In this document: positions 49,985 to 59,284 of the stretch, piece by piece
Position numbering within the stretch: position 1 is the stretch's first letter
How the letters are laid out: each line of letters starts with the position of its first letter
NCBI GenBank assembly: GCA_963678065.2
Contig: CAXXVZ010000002.1
Coordinates: forward strand, 576,001 to 640,000
Length of the DNA: 64,000 nt
Direction: 5' to 3'
From: Treponemataceae bacterium
Lineage (GTDB): Bacteria > Spirochaetota > Spirochaetia > Treponematales > Rectinemataceae
Notes under the pieces: model-generated
What the model was told of the DNA's origin: nothing
What the model saw: only the letters and a program-made list of their open reading frames with translations
The model's database searches: none
Made by a program: the position numbers and the translations under genes

Positions 49985-51108
49985 ACTCGATGGAAAACCA
50001 GCCAAAGGAAATGTTCGAATTCGTCCACAAGGACGATATGATCCATGATGCCAATTTCGAAACACAGCCTGTCGGCTATTTCAAGGATGCCATGATCAGG
50101 CTCAAGCGGAACAAGGCATCGGTACTGTCTTTTTCCGTCATTTGCCTGATCGCTTTCTTTTCCGTCTTCGGACCTGCGATGACACCGTATGGTTTCAATG
50201 ACCAGGATGGCGGCCTGGCGAACATGCCGCCCAGAATCCCTGGACTGGAGAAACTGGGGATCGCGGATGGAACCCGCCTGCTCACCAACAAAAGAGTGAC
50301 CAGCCTGGCGAACGCCTCGAAATATCCGGAAGGCTCCATTATCGCCATGAAGAACAAGAGGCTCATCAACGATGTCGAAATCGTCGATGTGCTCGTGGAC
50401 TATTACAAGTATTCCGGCGCGGGTGACCGCTATTTCTGGATGGGGACTGACTATCTGGGACGGGATCTGTGGGCGAGGTTGTGGAGGGGCTCGCGCGTGT
50501 CCTTGCTCATCGCGCTTGTCGCCGTAGCCGTCAATACGGTGATGGGAATCGTCTATGGCGCGATTTCCGGCTTCTACGGCGGCAGGGTGGATAACCTGAT
50601 GATGAGAATCACCGAGATCGTAAGCGCCTTCCCGGAAATAGTGGTCGTCACCCTTTTCATCATCGCTTTCGGTACAGGAATGACTTCGATAATCCTGGCC
50701 CTGGTAATCCGGGGATGGGTTCCAGTAGCCAGAATGGTGCGCTCGCAGTTCCTCAGGTTCAAGAACAGAGAGTATGTCCTGGCAGCCAGGACGCTAGGCG
50801 TCAAGGACAGTGCGCTCATCTTCAAGCATATTCTCCCCAACTCGATGGGACCGATCATCACCAGGATGATGATAGCCGTGCCATCGGCTATCTTCGCCGA
50901 GTCGTTTCTGGCATATGTCGGACTGGGTCTCAAGGCGCCAGAGCCTTCCATCGGCATCTTGCTTTCGAACGGGCAGAAGGTGCTGCTGCTCTACCCCTAT
51001 CAGACCCTGTTCCCCGCCATCCTCATATCGGCATTGATGATTTGCTTTAACCTGTTCTCCAATGGCCTGAGAGACGCGCTCAACCCGACCATGCGCGGTC
51101 AAGAATGA
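49981..51108 (+). CDS. oppC: Oligopeptide ABC transporter permease
   Basis: 'GTDYLGRDLWAR', 'EYVLAARTLG', 'HILPN', 'GLRDALNP'. Confidence 0.93.
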   Translation: MNSMENQPKEMFEFVHKDDMIHDANFETQPVGYFKDAMIRLKRNKASVLSFSVICLIAFFSVFGPAMTPYGFNDQDGGLANMPPRIPGLEKLGIADGTRLLTNKRVTSLANASKYPEGSIIAMKNKRLINDVEIVDVLVDYYKYSGAGDRYFWMGTDYLGRDLWARLWRGSRVSLLIALVAVAVNTVMGIVYGAISGFYGGRVDNLMMRITEIVSAFPEIVVVTLFIIAFGTGMTSIILALVIRGWVPVARMVRSQFLRFKNREYVLAARTLGVKDSALIFKHILPNSMGPIITRMMIAVPSAIFAESFLAYVGLGLKAPEPSIGILLSNGQKVLLLYPYQTLFPAILISALMICFNLFSNGLRDALNPTMRGQE

Positions 51109-51120
51109 TGAGGGGCAGCC

Positions 51121-52176
51121 ATGTTTGATCCGAAGGAAGAGATCCTGAGCGTCAGGGACTTGCAGGTGCGTTTCAGGAGCTATGCGGGTAATGTACACGC
51201 GGTCAGAGGCGTTTCGTTCGGCTTGAAGAGAGGCGAGACCATCGCCATCGTCGGCGAATCCGGCTCGGGGAAATCGGTCAGCGTAAAAGCGATAATGGGA
51301 ATTCTCTCAAGGAACGCGATGATAGACGATGGGGAGATATTGTATGACGGCAAGAACCTGGCAAAAGCCACGGAAGATGATTTTCACCAGATCAGAGGGA
51401 AGAGAATCGGGCTGATCTTCCAGGACCCACTGTCTGCGCTCAACCCGATCATGAAAATCGGAAAACAGATCACCGAGGTTCTGACTCTGGAAAAAAAGAT
51501 GTCCAGGAAGGACGCGAAGGCGAAGGCCATAGAGCTCATGGGCGCGGTCGGAATCATCCAGCCTGAACTGCGCTTCAACCAGTATCCTTTCCAGTTTTCA
51601 GGAGGGATGAGGCAACGAATCGTCATCGCGATCGCTTTGGCCAACGATCCGGAGATTTTGATCTGTGATGAGCCTACGACCGCCTTGGACGTGACCGTCC
51701 AGGCAAGAATCCTTGAACTCATCAACAAACTCAAGGAACAGAGGAACCTATCCGTCGTATTCATCACCCATGATCTCGGCGTAGTGGCAAATATGGCGGA
51801 CCGGGTCTATGTGATGTACGCGGGCAAGATCGTGGAGCACGGAACCTGCGAGGATATTTTCTTCAGCCCCGTCCACCCCTACACCTGGGCCTTGCTGTCA
51901 TCCATGCCTGATCTGGAAACCAGGGAGAAGCTCCTCGCGATCCCGGGAACCCCGCCCAATATGGTCTTTCCGCCCAAAGGCGACGCATTCGCCGAGAGGA
52001 ATCAGTACGCCATGCGGATCGACTTCGAAGTGGAGCCGCCGTTATTCAAGGTAAGCGAGACCCATTCCGCCGCTACCTGGCTTCTGCATCCCGACGCTCC
52101 AAAAGTAGAGCTGCCGGAGATCCTTAGGAACAGAATCAAGCGCATGAGGGCGGAGGCGGCAGGTTGCCATGGGTAA
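51121..52176 (+). CDS. oppD: Oligopeptide ABC transporter ATPase
   Basis: 'GESGSGKS', 'FSGGMRQR', 'DEPTTALD', 'HPYTWALL'. Confidence 0.94.
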   Translation: MFDPKEEILSVRDLQVRFRSYAGNVHAVRGVSFGLKRGETIAIVGESGSGKSVSVKAIMGILSRNAMIDDGEILYDGKNLAKATEDDFHQIRGKRIGLIFQDPLSALNPIMKIGKQITEVLTLEKKMSRKDAKAKAIELMGAVGIIQPELRFNQYPFQFSGGMRQRIVIAIALANDPEILICDEPTTALDVTVQARILELINKLKEQRNLSVVFITHDLGVVANMADRVYVMYAGKIVEHGTCEDIFFSPVHPYTWALLSSMPDLETREKLLAIPGTPPNMVFPPKGDAFAERNQYAMRIDFEVEPPLFKVSETHSAATWLLHPDAPKVELPEILRNRIKRMRAEAAGCHG

Positions 52177-53119
52177 CGAACAAAAAGAAATTCTGCTCGA
52201 GGTCAAAAATCTGTCCATGCATTTCGATACGGGAAGGGGAAGGAACAAATCGCGGGTGAAATCCATCGATGATATATCCTTCTTCGTGCGCGAAGCCGAG
52301 ACATTCGGCCTGGTTGGAGAAAGCGGATGCGGGAAGACTACCACGGGAAGGACCATAATCCGTCTGTATGATCCGCTCAGCGGCGAAATCAAATTCAGGG
52401 GACGAGACATCAGCGGCAAAATGACCCGGGACTTGCGCCAGTATATAACTTCCAACATCGCGATGATCTTCCAGGATCCGGTCGAGTCCCTCAATCCGCG
52501 CATGACTGTCCGGGAGATCATTGGCGAAGGGCTGAAAATACGGGGAATGAAGGACGAGCGGGAAGTGGACCGCAGGGTCTATGACATGCTCGACAAGGTA
52601 GGGCTTACCCGGGAGCACGCGAGCCGCTACCCCCATGAGTTCTCGGGCGGACAGCGACAACGCATAGGTATCGCGAGGGCGATAATCATCAATCCCTCGC
52701 TCGTCATCGCCGACGAACCGGTATCGGCGCTGGACGTGTCGATCCGGGCGCAGGTCATCAACCTTCTCAACGACCTTAAAAAGGACTTGGGTCTGACCAT
52801 GATTTTCGTCGCCCACGACCTTTCCGTAGTCAAGTATTTCTCCGACAGGATTGGGGTCATGTATTGCGGAAAACTGTTGGAAGTAGCGGCAAGCGAAGCC
52901 CTGTACCGCGATCCGATCCATCCCTATACTCGGTCGCTGCTTTCGGCGATACCTCAGCCAAATCCCCTTTCCGAAAAGAAAAGAGTCCGTGTTTGCTATG
53001 ACCCCGAGAAAGAACACGACTACTCGGCTGAGAAGCCAAGCCTTGTCGAAATCAGGCAAGGTCACCTCGTGTACGCTTCGCCCTCGGAGGCGGAGCGCTA
53101 TCGCAAGGAGTTGCGGTAA
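52169..53119 (+). CDS. oppF: Oligopeptide ABC transporter ATPase
   Basis: 'GESGCGKT', 'FSGGQRQR', 'DEPVSALD', 'HPYTRSLL'. Confidence 0.94.
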   Translation: MGNEQKEILLEVKNLSMHFDTGRGRNKSRVKSIDDISFFVREAETFGLVGESGCGKTTTGRTIIRLYDPLSGEIKFRGRDISGKMTRDLRQYITSNIAMIFQDPVESLNPRMTVREIIGEGLKIRGMKDEREVDRRVYDMLDKVGLTREHASRYPHEFSGGQRQRIGIARAIIINPSLVIADEPVSALDVSIRAQVINLLNDLKKDLGLTMIFVAHDLSVVKYFSDRIGVMYCGKLLEVAASEALYRDPIHPYTRSLLSAIPQPNPLSEKKRVRVCYDPEKEHDYSAEKPSLVEIRQGHLVYASPSEAERYRKELR

Positions 53120-53171
53120 TCACGTGAGGGATGCAGGGTTGCCGCGTGTCAGGTGGACGCGTCCGCGACGA

Positions 53172-53528
53172 CTAGAGCAAGGCAAGCGCCGCCGACACCC
53201 CCAGTGCGGCGAGCGCAATTGCCAGAGGAGTTCCAGACGTCATTTTTTTATCGGTCGCCCGAATGTAGTCTTCATAGGATTCACCAATGGGCTTTCGAGG
53301 TCTTTTCGCATTTGTGATGAGTGCAATGAACTGCCGGATTCCGTATTGGGGAAAGAAAAAAAATCCGGTTCTTTTTACGATTCTTGCCAGGCCAACAGTC
53401 AGGCACGCTATACCGATGAGGAAGCACGTGTCCGATATGGTCATCTTGACGTTTTCCTTTCCGGATACGATATAGCTCACGACGCACAGCAGCGCCAGGA
53501 TCAAGCGATTCAGATTCTTCCTGCTCAT
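53172..53528 (-). CDS. Small membrane protein (DUF3899-like, three TM)
   Basis: Hydrophobic segments, 'RTGFF...YGIRQF'; GAGGAAGG before ATG 53528. Confidence 0.65.
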   Translation of the reverse strand: MSRKNLNRLILALLCVVSYIVSGKENVKMTISDTCFLIGIACLTVGLARIVKRTGFFFFPQYGIRQFIALITNAKRPRKPIGESYEDYIRATDKKMTSGTPLAIALAALGVSAALALL

Positions 53529-53739
53529 TGTCCTTCCTCGGGTATTTGTCGAACCGCTTCCTGCCAAAGCTCGACGCTCAGCGATCGAGTCCGTGTTGGT
53601 GCCAGCCTACTCCAGCGGATAGACGACGACAAGACGCACAACTTCAGCGACCCCTGTGACGGATACTGCGAGCGGCATCGTACCCAAAAGCCCGCGCCAT
53701 TCTGGTAGCGGGAGAACTCCCGACAAGAGGTGAAAAACC

Positions 53740-54051
53740 ATGTATGAGTATTTTCCGAAGGACACGTGCTCAAAGAAAATTACGTTCTCGATCGAAGACA
53801 ACAAGATGCACAATCTCCACTTTTTCCGCGGATGCGATGGAAACCTGAAGACACTTTCAAGGTTGCTCGAAGGCATGGATGTGGGCGAAGCGGTCGAGAA
53901 ACTAAAGGGAATCCGATGCGGAATCAAGGAGACGTCATGCTCGGACCAGCTCGCGTTGGCGATAATCGAGGCACTGGATTTGCGTCGCAAATCGGCGGAC
54001 CGTGCGTCGACGTCAAAGCAGAGCTTTCTGGATGACGAAAGCAAGATATGA
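53740..54051 (+). CDS. TIGR03905-like TSCPD-domain protein
   Basis: 'TCSKKI', 'GCDGNL', 'GIRCGIKETSCSDQLA'; GAGGTG RBS. Confidence 0.88.
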   Translation: MYEYFPKDTCSKKITFSIEDNKMHNLHFFRGCDGNLKTLSRLLEGMDVGEAVEKLKGIRCGIKETSCSDQLALAIIEALDLRRKSADRASTSKQSFLDDESKI

Positions 54052-54369
54052 CACGTACATTTCGATTCTTCGCGAGTAGAATTATATCTTCTTTCCGCAA
54101 GGTCCCATGATTGAATGCTTTATCGTCCAATGAATCATCTCTCTCCAGCGTAGGAGCGTCCGGCTGCCATTTCATTTGACCTGGGAGGCGGCTTGTCCGT
54201 TGGCTCAGGTTGAAGCGGCTATCAGGTTTCGGCCTTTCTACTTTAATTGTGTATCTGTTATCATCTTTTCTTTTACAGGAAATCCCCTTTCAAACTCTTC
54301 CAATTCTGAGTCCCTCTGAAAAGGTAGCCACCGATCCCCAGAAGCCATCCGAATATGGTATAACTCTGC

Positions 54370-54740
54370 ATGTTCCGCAACAATAACGAGCATATGCAGG
54401 GAGGATTTTCCGATATCGATACCTTCTTGAGCGAATCCCAGAAGGAAGCATTTCTGGACTCGCGGGAGCGGTGGTTCTACGACCTGGTGTTCAAGCGGAT
54501 CGATGAGAATCTGTTTGCTCCCCTCTATTCCGATGAGAAAAGCCGCCCGAACGCCCCGTCAATTGTCTGGTGAGTGCGCTCATCCTGCTGACGCATAATC
54601 GGTGGAGCTACTCGTTTCTGATACGGCAGGTCCGGTTCGATATCCTGACCCGCAAGACGCTCGGTCTGATTTCGCTGGACGAAGTGCCGTTCTGCGAAGC
54701 GACCCTGTTCAATTTCCAGAAACGACTGCTTGCCTATTGA
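54370..54740 (+). pseudogene. 5' fragment of a transposase (DUF772-type N-terminus), frameshifted and truncated
   Basis: 'FYDLVFKRIDENLFAPLYSDEKSRPNAP' continues after a 1-nt deletion near 54556 as 'VNCLVSALIL...FDILTRKTLGL..LDEVPFCEATLFNFQKRL'; ends at the repeat junction. Confidence 0.85.
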
Positions 54741-55113
54741 GCCTTCCCCCACCAAAATGTTCGGTATGACACACCGAGGACTCACCGACGCCACCGATGC
54801 CCTCGCGGTGCTCATGGAGACGGGAAACCCCGCGATGGACTATCCGCGCGGCCCCACCACCGAAAAGCTCATCGTTGAAGGCAAGGATGATTTCTACAAG
54901 ATGGCCTCGGCCAAAGGGCTTCTCTATGTCCCGTATCCCGAGAAAGGCCTGCCCCTCCAACATCGCGTGGCCCGTCACCTCGCGGGCGCGGATGAGCTCA
55001 TCCGTGTCTTCTCAGAAATATCCGAAGATGGACAAACCATCAGTGTCAATCACATCCCCACCTATGAAGATGTCGAGACCTACGGCCTCGGACATTTTAT
55101 CCTGAAGCCCTAA
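54737..55113 (+). pseudogene. Duplicated 3' third of the deacylase gene
   Basis: Translation identical to the C-terminus of 38953-40119 (EPSPTKMFG...HFILKP); lacks the HxxE region. Confidence 0.9.
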
Positions 55114-55254
55114 GTGCACACTCCCCGCCGCTCTCTGTGGAGAGTGGCGGGTCTCGAATGTCCCGCACAATATTATTGCAGGATCAACCATGCGCCTTGA
55201 TTTCAATGATCCGTGCGATTGTCAGTCATTCCCTGCTATTCTTTTTCGACTAGA
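54737..55254. repeat. 518-bp near-identical direct repeat, copy 2 (partner 39743-40260)
   Basis: Same sequence as copy 1 apart from three substitutions seen by eye. Confidence 0.95.
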
Positions 55255-56075
55255 TAAAATGTTACGTTATCACCATTCCAGACATCGCCCGGGGGCAATA
55301 CATTTTCAAAGTGGCTTATTTTATGAAAGTCGGCTTCACGCAGGATTGGCTCCAAATCTCCATACTCATAATATGTGCTCCAGAATAAATAACTGTCCAC
55401 AGTATCCTTCTGGTCAATCACAATATGCTGATTTACCAGCACCTTGTTCTCCGGGAAATGGTATCCATCATTCAAGACAATGTATGGTTCGTTCTTCCAG
55501 AATCCTTTCGTACTGACTTCCCATGATTGCTTTAGTATTTTTTCAGCAATGTTCTTGCTGTTTATTACATCGAATACAAAAACACCACCTCTTTTCAAGG
55601 ATGCGTATACATTATTTAATAGTATTTTTCTCTCATCCGGTTTGAGCACACAAAAATCCAGATAGATCAGTATTACCAAATCAAACTTGTTTTTGTACTC
55701 CAATTTCAGGTAGTCATCACAGAAATATTCAACGCCAGACTGATTCTTGGCAGCAATGCTTTTCGCATAACCTATGGATGTTTTTGAAAAATCGATCCCT
55801 GTTACATGATGACCGAGTTTGGCAAACTTTTCAGCATATAAACCGGGACCGCATCCTAAATCGAGTATATTCATTCCCCTGTTTTTCATTCTTGATAGTA
55901 TCCAGTTAACCAGCAATTCAATTTTTTCATCACTCCTGCTGGCCATATCATTGGATGAATCAATATGACAATTCAGCAACTGTTGCGAAATGTAGGGATC
56001 GGTCCACATCACTGATGTTCCATTCTCGTACAATGAAGGTTTCTTCGTATATTCAATAAGTCTCTCGATGTTCAT
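55236..56075 (-). CDS. Class I SAM-dependent methyltransferase (AT-rich gene)
   Basis: 'ILDLGCGPG', 'GIDFS', 'LKRGGVFVFDV'; AGGAG RBS. Confidence 0.92.
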   Translation of the reverse strand: MNIERLIEYTKKPSLYENGTSVMWTDPYISQQLLNCHIDSSNDMASRSDEKIELLVNWILSRMKNRGMNILDLGCGPGLYAEKFAKLGHHVTGIDFSKTSIGYAKSIAAKNQSGVEYFCDDYLKLEYKNKFDLVILIYLDFCVLKPDERKILLNNVYASLKRGGVFVFDVINSKNIAEKILKQSWEVSTKGFWKNEPYIVLNDGYHFPENKVLVNQHIVIDQKDTVDSYLFWSTYYEYGDLEPILREADFHKISHFENVLPPGDVWNGDNVTFYLVEKE

Positions 56076-56258
56076 ATAGACTCCTAAAGATGATTATGCC
56101 GGAGTTTTCATTTTACGGATCAGTATACTCCCCACGCCCCTGCCCTGTCAAAACAGTCATCCCCAAGCATCCCGCTCATTTCCCTGTCAACCTATTCCAT
56201 CGAAGCCCCCGTCTGTTCCATGACAGCGTGCGTCTCCGGCATGCTGAGAAAAAAGATG

Positions 56259-56287
56259 TTGACAGCCCACCAAGTATGGCCTATATT
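56259..56287 (+). promoter_or_regulatory. Sigma-70 promoter upstream of the structured leader
   Basis: TTGACA-N17-TATATT. Confidence 0.75.
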
Positions 56288-56297
56288 TTTCTTAATA

Positions 56298-56437
56298 CAG
56301 GGAATATCAGGCAAGCGCCCCATGGCGGTTGACCGATATCCTCCGGGCTGAAACCCCTTCGTTGGAGGGGTGATAAGCAGCGGGTGGGAAACCCGCGGGA
56401 TTCATACTCTAATCAGTATCCTTCCTGCGGTTTTTTT
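56298..56437 (+). ncRNA. Candidate riboswitch/attenuator leader; first domain resembles the DUF1646 (Na+-I) motif
   Basis: Stem ATATC/GATAT encloses AGGCAAG-[CGCC-CCAT-GGCG]-GTTGACC; second hairpin ACCCCTTC/GGAGGGGT; antiterminator GCGGGT/ACCCGC overlaps the terminator. Motif identity is from memory only. Confidence 0.6.
56393..56437 (+). terminator. Intrinsic terminator within the leader
   Basis: CCGCGGGA...TCCTGCGG stem with inner ATACT/AGTAT, followed by T7. Confidence 0.78.
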
Positions 56438-56524
56438 ATGCCCAAAACAGTGCGGCGTATCCCTTATGGATGCGCACGCTCTTTAGTCAGCAAAAAAACA
56501 CGGAACGGATGCGAAGAGGCTCGC

Positions 56525-57829
56525 ATGCCGGTGCCGGAAAACGCAATCGCCGTAAAACACATTTCAGCCACGAACCTCCTCACGCTCGCCTTCCTCAACA
56601 TGAGGCGGCACGGCCTCCGCGCCGTGGTGAATATCGTCGGAATCACCATTGCGGTGGCGGCTCTGGTCTTCTTCCTTTCTTTTTACCGAGGCACCTATGA
56701 AGGGGTCATGTTCTCTTCAGTAATCGACTATGCCACCTCCCATGGCCAATTCATGAGCTCAACCTTTGACGACGACGATCCTGAAGTCTGGCTTGACAGT
56801 GCAAATCTCTTTGACGGGGAATTGGCCCGAAGCGGGGATCTGGTGCGAAGGGCCGGATCCTCCAGGGGGACGTGGTCACCCCTTATCGCGCCGCGCCTGA
56901 TGAGCCCTGCCTTTGCCGGGGATGGTTCGCGCAAGGCCCCGATAATTCTTGCGGGCCTCGATTTCCAGAGGGAGAAAGAAATTCTGTCCATCGACGAACG
57001 GATGACGGCCGGGGTATACGGGGGAGAGGGTGTCGTTATCGGAAAAAAGCTGGCGGAGATTCTGTCCCTTGAGGTGGGGGATGAAATCCGTATCCAGGCA
57101 AGCACCGCCGATGGAGCGCCGAATCTGGATTACTGGAAGATATCGGGCATCTATTCCTCCGGATATCCCCCGATAGACCGGGGAATGGCGATGATGGATC
57201 TGGTCCAGGCGCAGAACTTCCTCGGTGCCGACGGGAAGATCAACAAGCTGTATTGCCGCCTCGCCGAAGGCTCCGATTCGGTCGCGCGGGAACGGGGGCT
57301 TTCAGCCATCGATGCAGACAGGGACAGGCTTTCCGGTCTCGGACTGGTATTCCGCAGTTGGCAGAATTACGCAAAACCCATCGTCGAGGATGCGAAAAAG
57401 GACAGCGGGTTTTTCGCCATCTTCATCGGCATACTTCTCTTCCTTTCCCTGTCGACAATGGCCGGCACAATGCGGGTGACCATCTTTGAACGCAAACGGG
57501 AAATCGGCATGCTCCGGGCCTCCGGCTGGATGCAGAGCGAGATTGCCGAGCTTTTTCTTTTTGAAGCCTTGGTAATCGGCATAGCGGGAAGTCTTGCCGG
57601 ATGCCTGGTCGGGGGACTGGCTTCCCTGGCCCTTGAACTGAATCCAGTAACCGTCGGGATGTCGATGGCCAACCTCGATATTCCCAGTTTCGCCTTGACC
57701 TGCAATGTGCAGCCCACTGATTTCATCTGGTCCCTGCTCGTCGGTTTCCTCACGGCCCTCGTGGCCGGAATTGTGCCCGCGTTGCGCGGTGCGCGTATGC
57801 CCATTCTCTCCGCCATAGCCGAGCGCTAG
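56525..57829 (+). CDS. ABC transporter permease, FtsX/LolE-like
   Basis: 'LAFLNMRRHGLRA', large periplasmic loop, 'ERKREIGMLRASG', C-terminal TMs. Confidence 0.9.
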   Translation: MPVPENAIAVKHISATNLLTLAFLNMRRHGLRAVVNIVGITIAVAALVFFLSFYRGTYEGVMFSSVIDYATSHGQFMSSTFDDDDPEVWLDSANLFDGELARSGDLVRRAGSSRGTWSPLIAPRLMSPAFAGDGSRKAPIILAGLDFQREKEILSIDERMTAGVYGGEGVVIGKKLAEILSLEVGDEIRIQASTADGAPNLDYWKISGIYSSGYPPIDRGMAMMDLVQAQNFLGADGKINKLYCRLAEGSDSVARERGLSAIDADRDRLSGLGLVFRSWQNYAKPIVEDAKKDSGFFAIFIGILLFLSLSTMAGTMRVTIFERKREIGMLRASGWMQSEIAELFLFEALVIGIAGSLAGCLVGGLASLALELNPVTVGMSMANLDIPSFALTCNVQPTDFIWSLLVGFLTALVAGIVPALRGARMPILSAIAER

Positions 57830-57845
57830 GCACAAGGAGCAAATC

Positions 57846-58577
57846 ATGAAAAGCGCCTATGTACGTTCGCTCATCATCAGTTTTTTTCTTTCTGGTTTGA
57901 TTTCCCAATCACTCCTTGCACAGGAGAAAGACGGAAATGGGATCGTGGCCGAGATGGACAGACACATGAACTTTACCGAATGCCGGATGATCATCCGGAT
58001 AGAAGATGCCAAGGCTGGCGGAAAGAACCGCATGCTCAAGGCGCGGGTAGAATACCTCAAGGATGTCGGTACCCGCATGGAATTCATGGAACCGGCGCGG
58101 GATCTCGGGAAGTGTGTATTGATGTCCGGTTCTTCCATGTGGATGTCATCCCCCTCGGTTTCCAAGCCCGTGCGGCTGTCCGGGAAGGATGCCTTTATGG
58201 GAACCTCCTTCACCAATGACGATGTGATGAATCTGGACAAGTCCGATGACTACGATTCGGTGATTGCCGCCAGTGATGGAAATGGCTGGGACATTGTGAT
58301 GAAAGCCAAGACCGGCGGGCTTCCCTATTCAAAGATCGAGGCCAGGATCGGCAGGGATTATCTGCCGGTAAGTATGGTGTATTTCGCCCGCTCGGGAAAA
58401 GAATCGAAACGGGTCAGTTTTTCCGCCGTGAAGGATTTTGGCGGAAAGCTGAAACCCTCGATCATGACCATTATTGACTTGATGAAACCGGGTGATACAA
58501 GCGCTGTTATTTTCGAAGAAATCCGTGAAGAAACGGTGAGCCGATCCAGACTTACCCCCGCATCGCTGGGGAACTGA
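57846..58577 (+). CDS. Outer-membrane lipoprotein-sorting protein (LolA-like, TP0789-type)
   Basis: Signal peptide; 'FMEPARDLG', 'FMGTSFTNDD'. Confidence 0.82.
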   Translation: MKSAYVRSLIISFFLSGLISQSLLAQEKDGNGIVAEMDRHMNFTECRMIIRIEDAKAGGKNRMLKARVEYLKDVGTRMEFMEPARDLGKCVLMSGSSMWMSSPSVSKPVRLSGKDAFMGTSFTNDDVMNLDKSDDYDSVIAASDGNGWDIVMKAKTGGLPYSKIEARIGRDYLPVSMVYFARSGKESKRVSFSAVKDFGGKLKPSIMTIIDLMKPGDTSAVIFEEIREETVSRSRLTPASLGN

Positions 58578-58585
58578 GGTAGACC

Positions 58586-59284
58586 ATGAGCAAGATAGAG
58601 ATATGCAATCTGACCAAGACCTACCGGCTCGGACACACAAGTGTCGAAGCCCTGCGGGGAATAAACCTCTCAGTCGACAGCCCGGAGATCATCGGCATCG
58701 TCGGGCCCTCCGGCTCTGGAAAGAGTACCCTGCTCAATATTCTTGGGGGAATAGATCTGGCGACAGGGGGCACTGTATCCATAAACGATGTCGAACTCGG
58801 CGCCCTTGATGACCGGGCCCGAACTGCTCTGCGCCGGCGCGAGATCGGTTTTATCTTTCAGTCTTTCAACCTTATTCCGGTCCTGACCGCACTCGAAAAC
58901 GTCGAGCTGCCCCTGATGGCCTTGGGGGTCCCCAAAAAGGAACGGAGAACGAGGGCGCTGGCCCTGCTGGAACGAGTCGGTCTTGAGAAGGAGGCTGCAC
59001 AGCGCCCTGATGAACTTTCCGGCGGGCAGCGCCAGCGGGTAGCGATTGCCCGGGCCCTGATCATCAACCCGCGCCTGGTCCTGGCCGATGAACCCACTGC
59101 CAATCTGGACGGAGAGAGCGGCCGGAATGTGCTGGAACTGATGCATGAGATGAACCACGAAATGAAAACGACCTTCCTGCTTTCCACCCACGATCCGCGG
59201 GTGCTGCCGTATCTTGACCGGCGGATGTATCTGGAGGATGGGCGCATTACCCGCACCGAGGCCATGGAAGGGCACATCGTATGA
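58586..59284 (+). CDS. ABC transporter ATPase, LolD/MacB-like
   Basis: 'GPSGSGKST', 'FIFQSFNL', 'LSGGQRQR', 'DEPTANLD'. Confidence 0.94.
   Translation: MSKIEICNLTKTYRLGHTSVEALRGINLSVDSPEIIGIVGPSGSGKSTLLNILGGIDLATGGTVSINDVELGALDDRARTALRRREIGFIFQSFNLIPVLTALENVELPLMALGVPKKERRTRALALLERVGLEKEAAQRPDELSGGQRQRVAIARALIINPRLVLADEPTANLDGESGRNVLELMHEMNHEMKTTFLLSTHDPRVLPYLDRRMYLEDGRITRTEAMEGHIV

Noticed and set aside
53740..54051. TSCPD-domain gene as evidence of a ribonucleotide reductase locus
   Set aside because: No RNR catalytic subunit is in the window, and stand-alone members of this family are common.
56310..56390. Resemblance of the leader to a c-di-GMP-I (GEMM) riboswitch (GGCAA…CCTCCGG…AGCGGG)
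   Set aside because: It lacks the GNRA tetraloop and the GACGCAAA junction; kept only as an alternative for cmscan to test.
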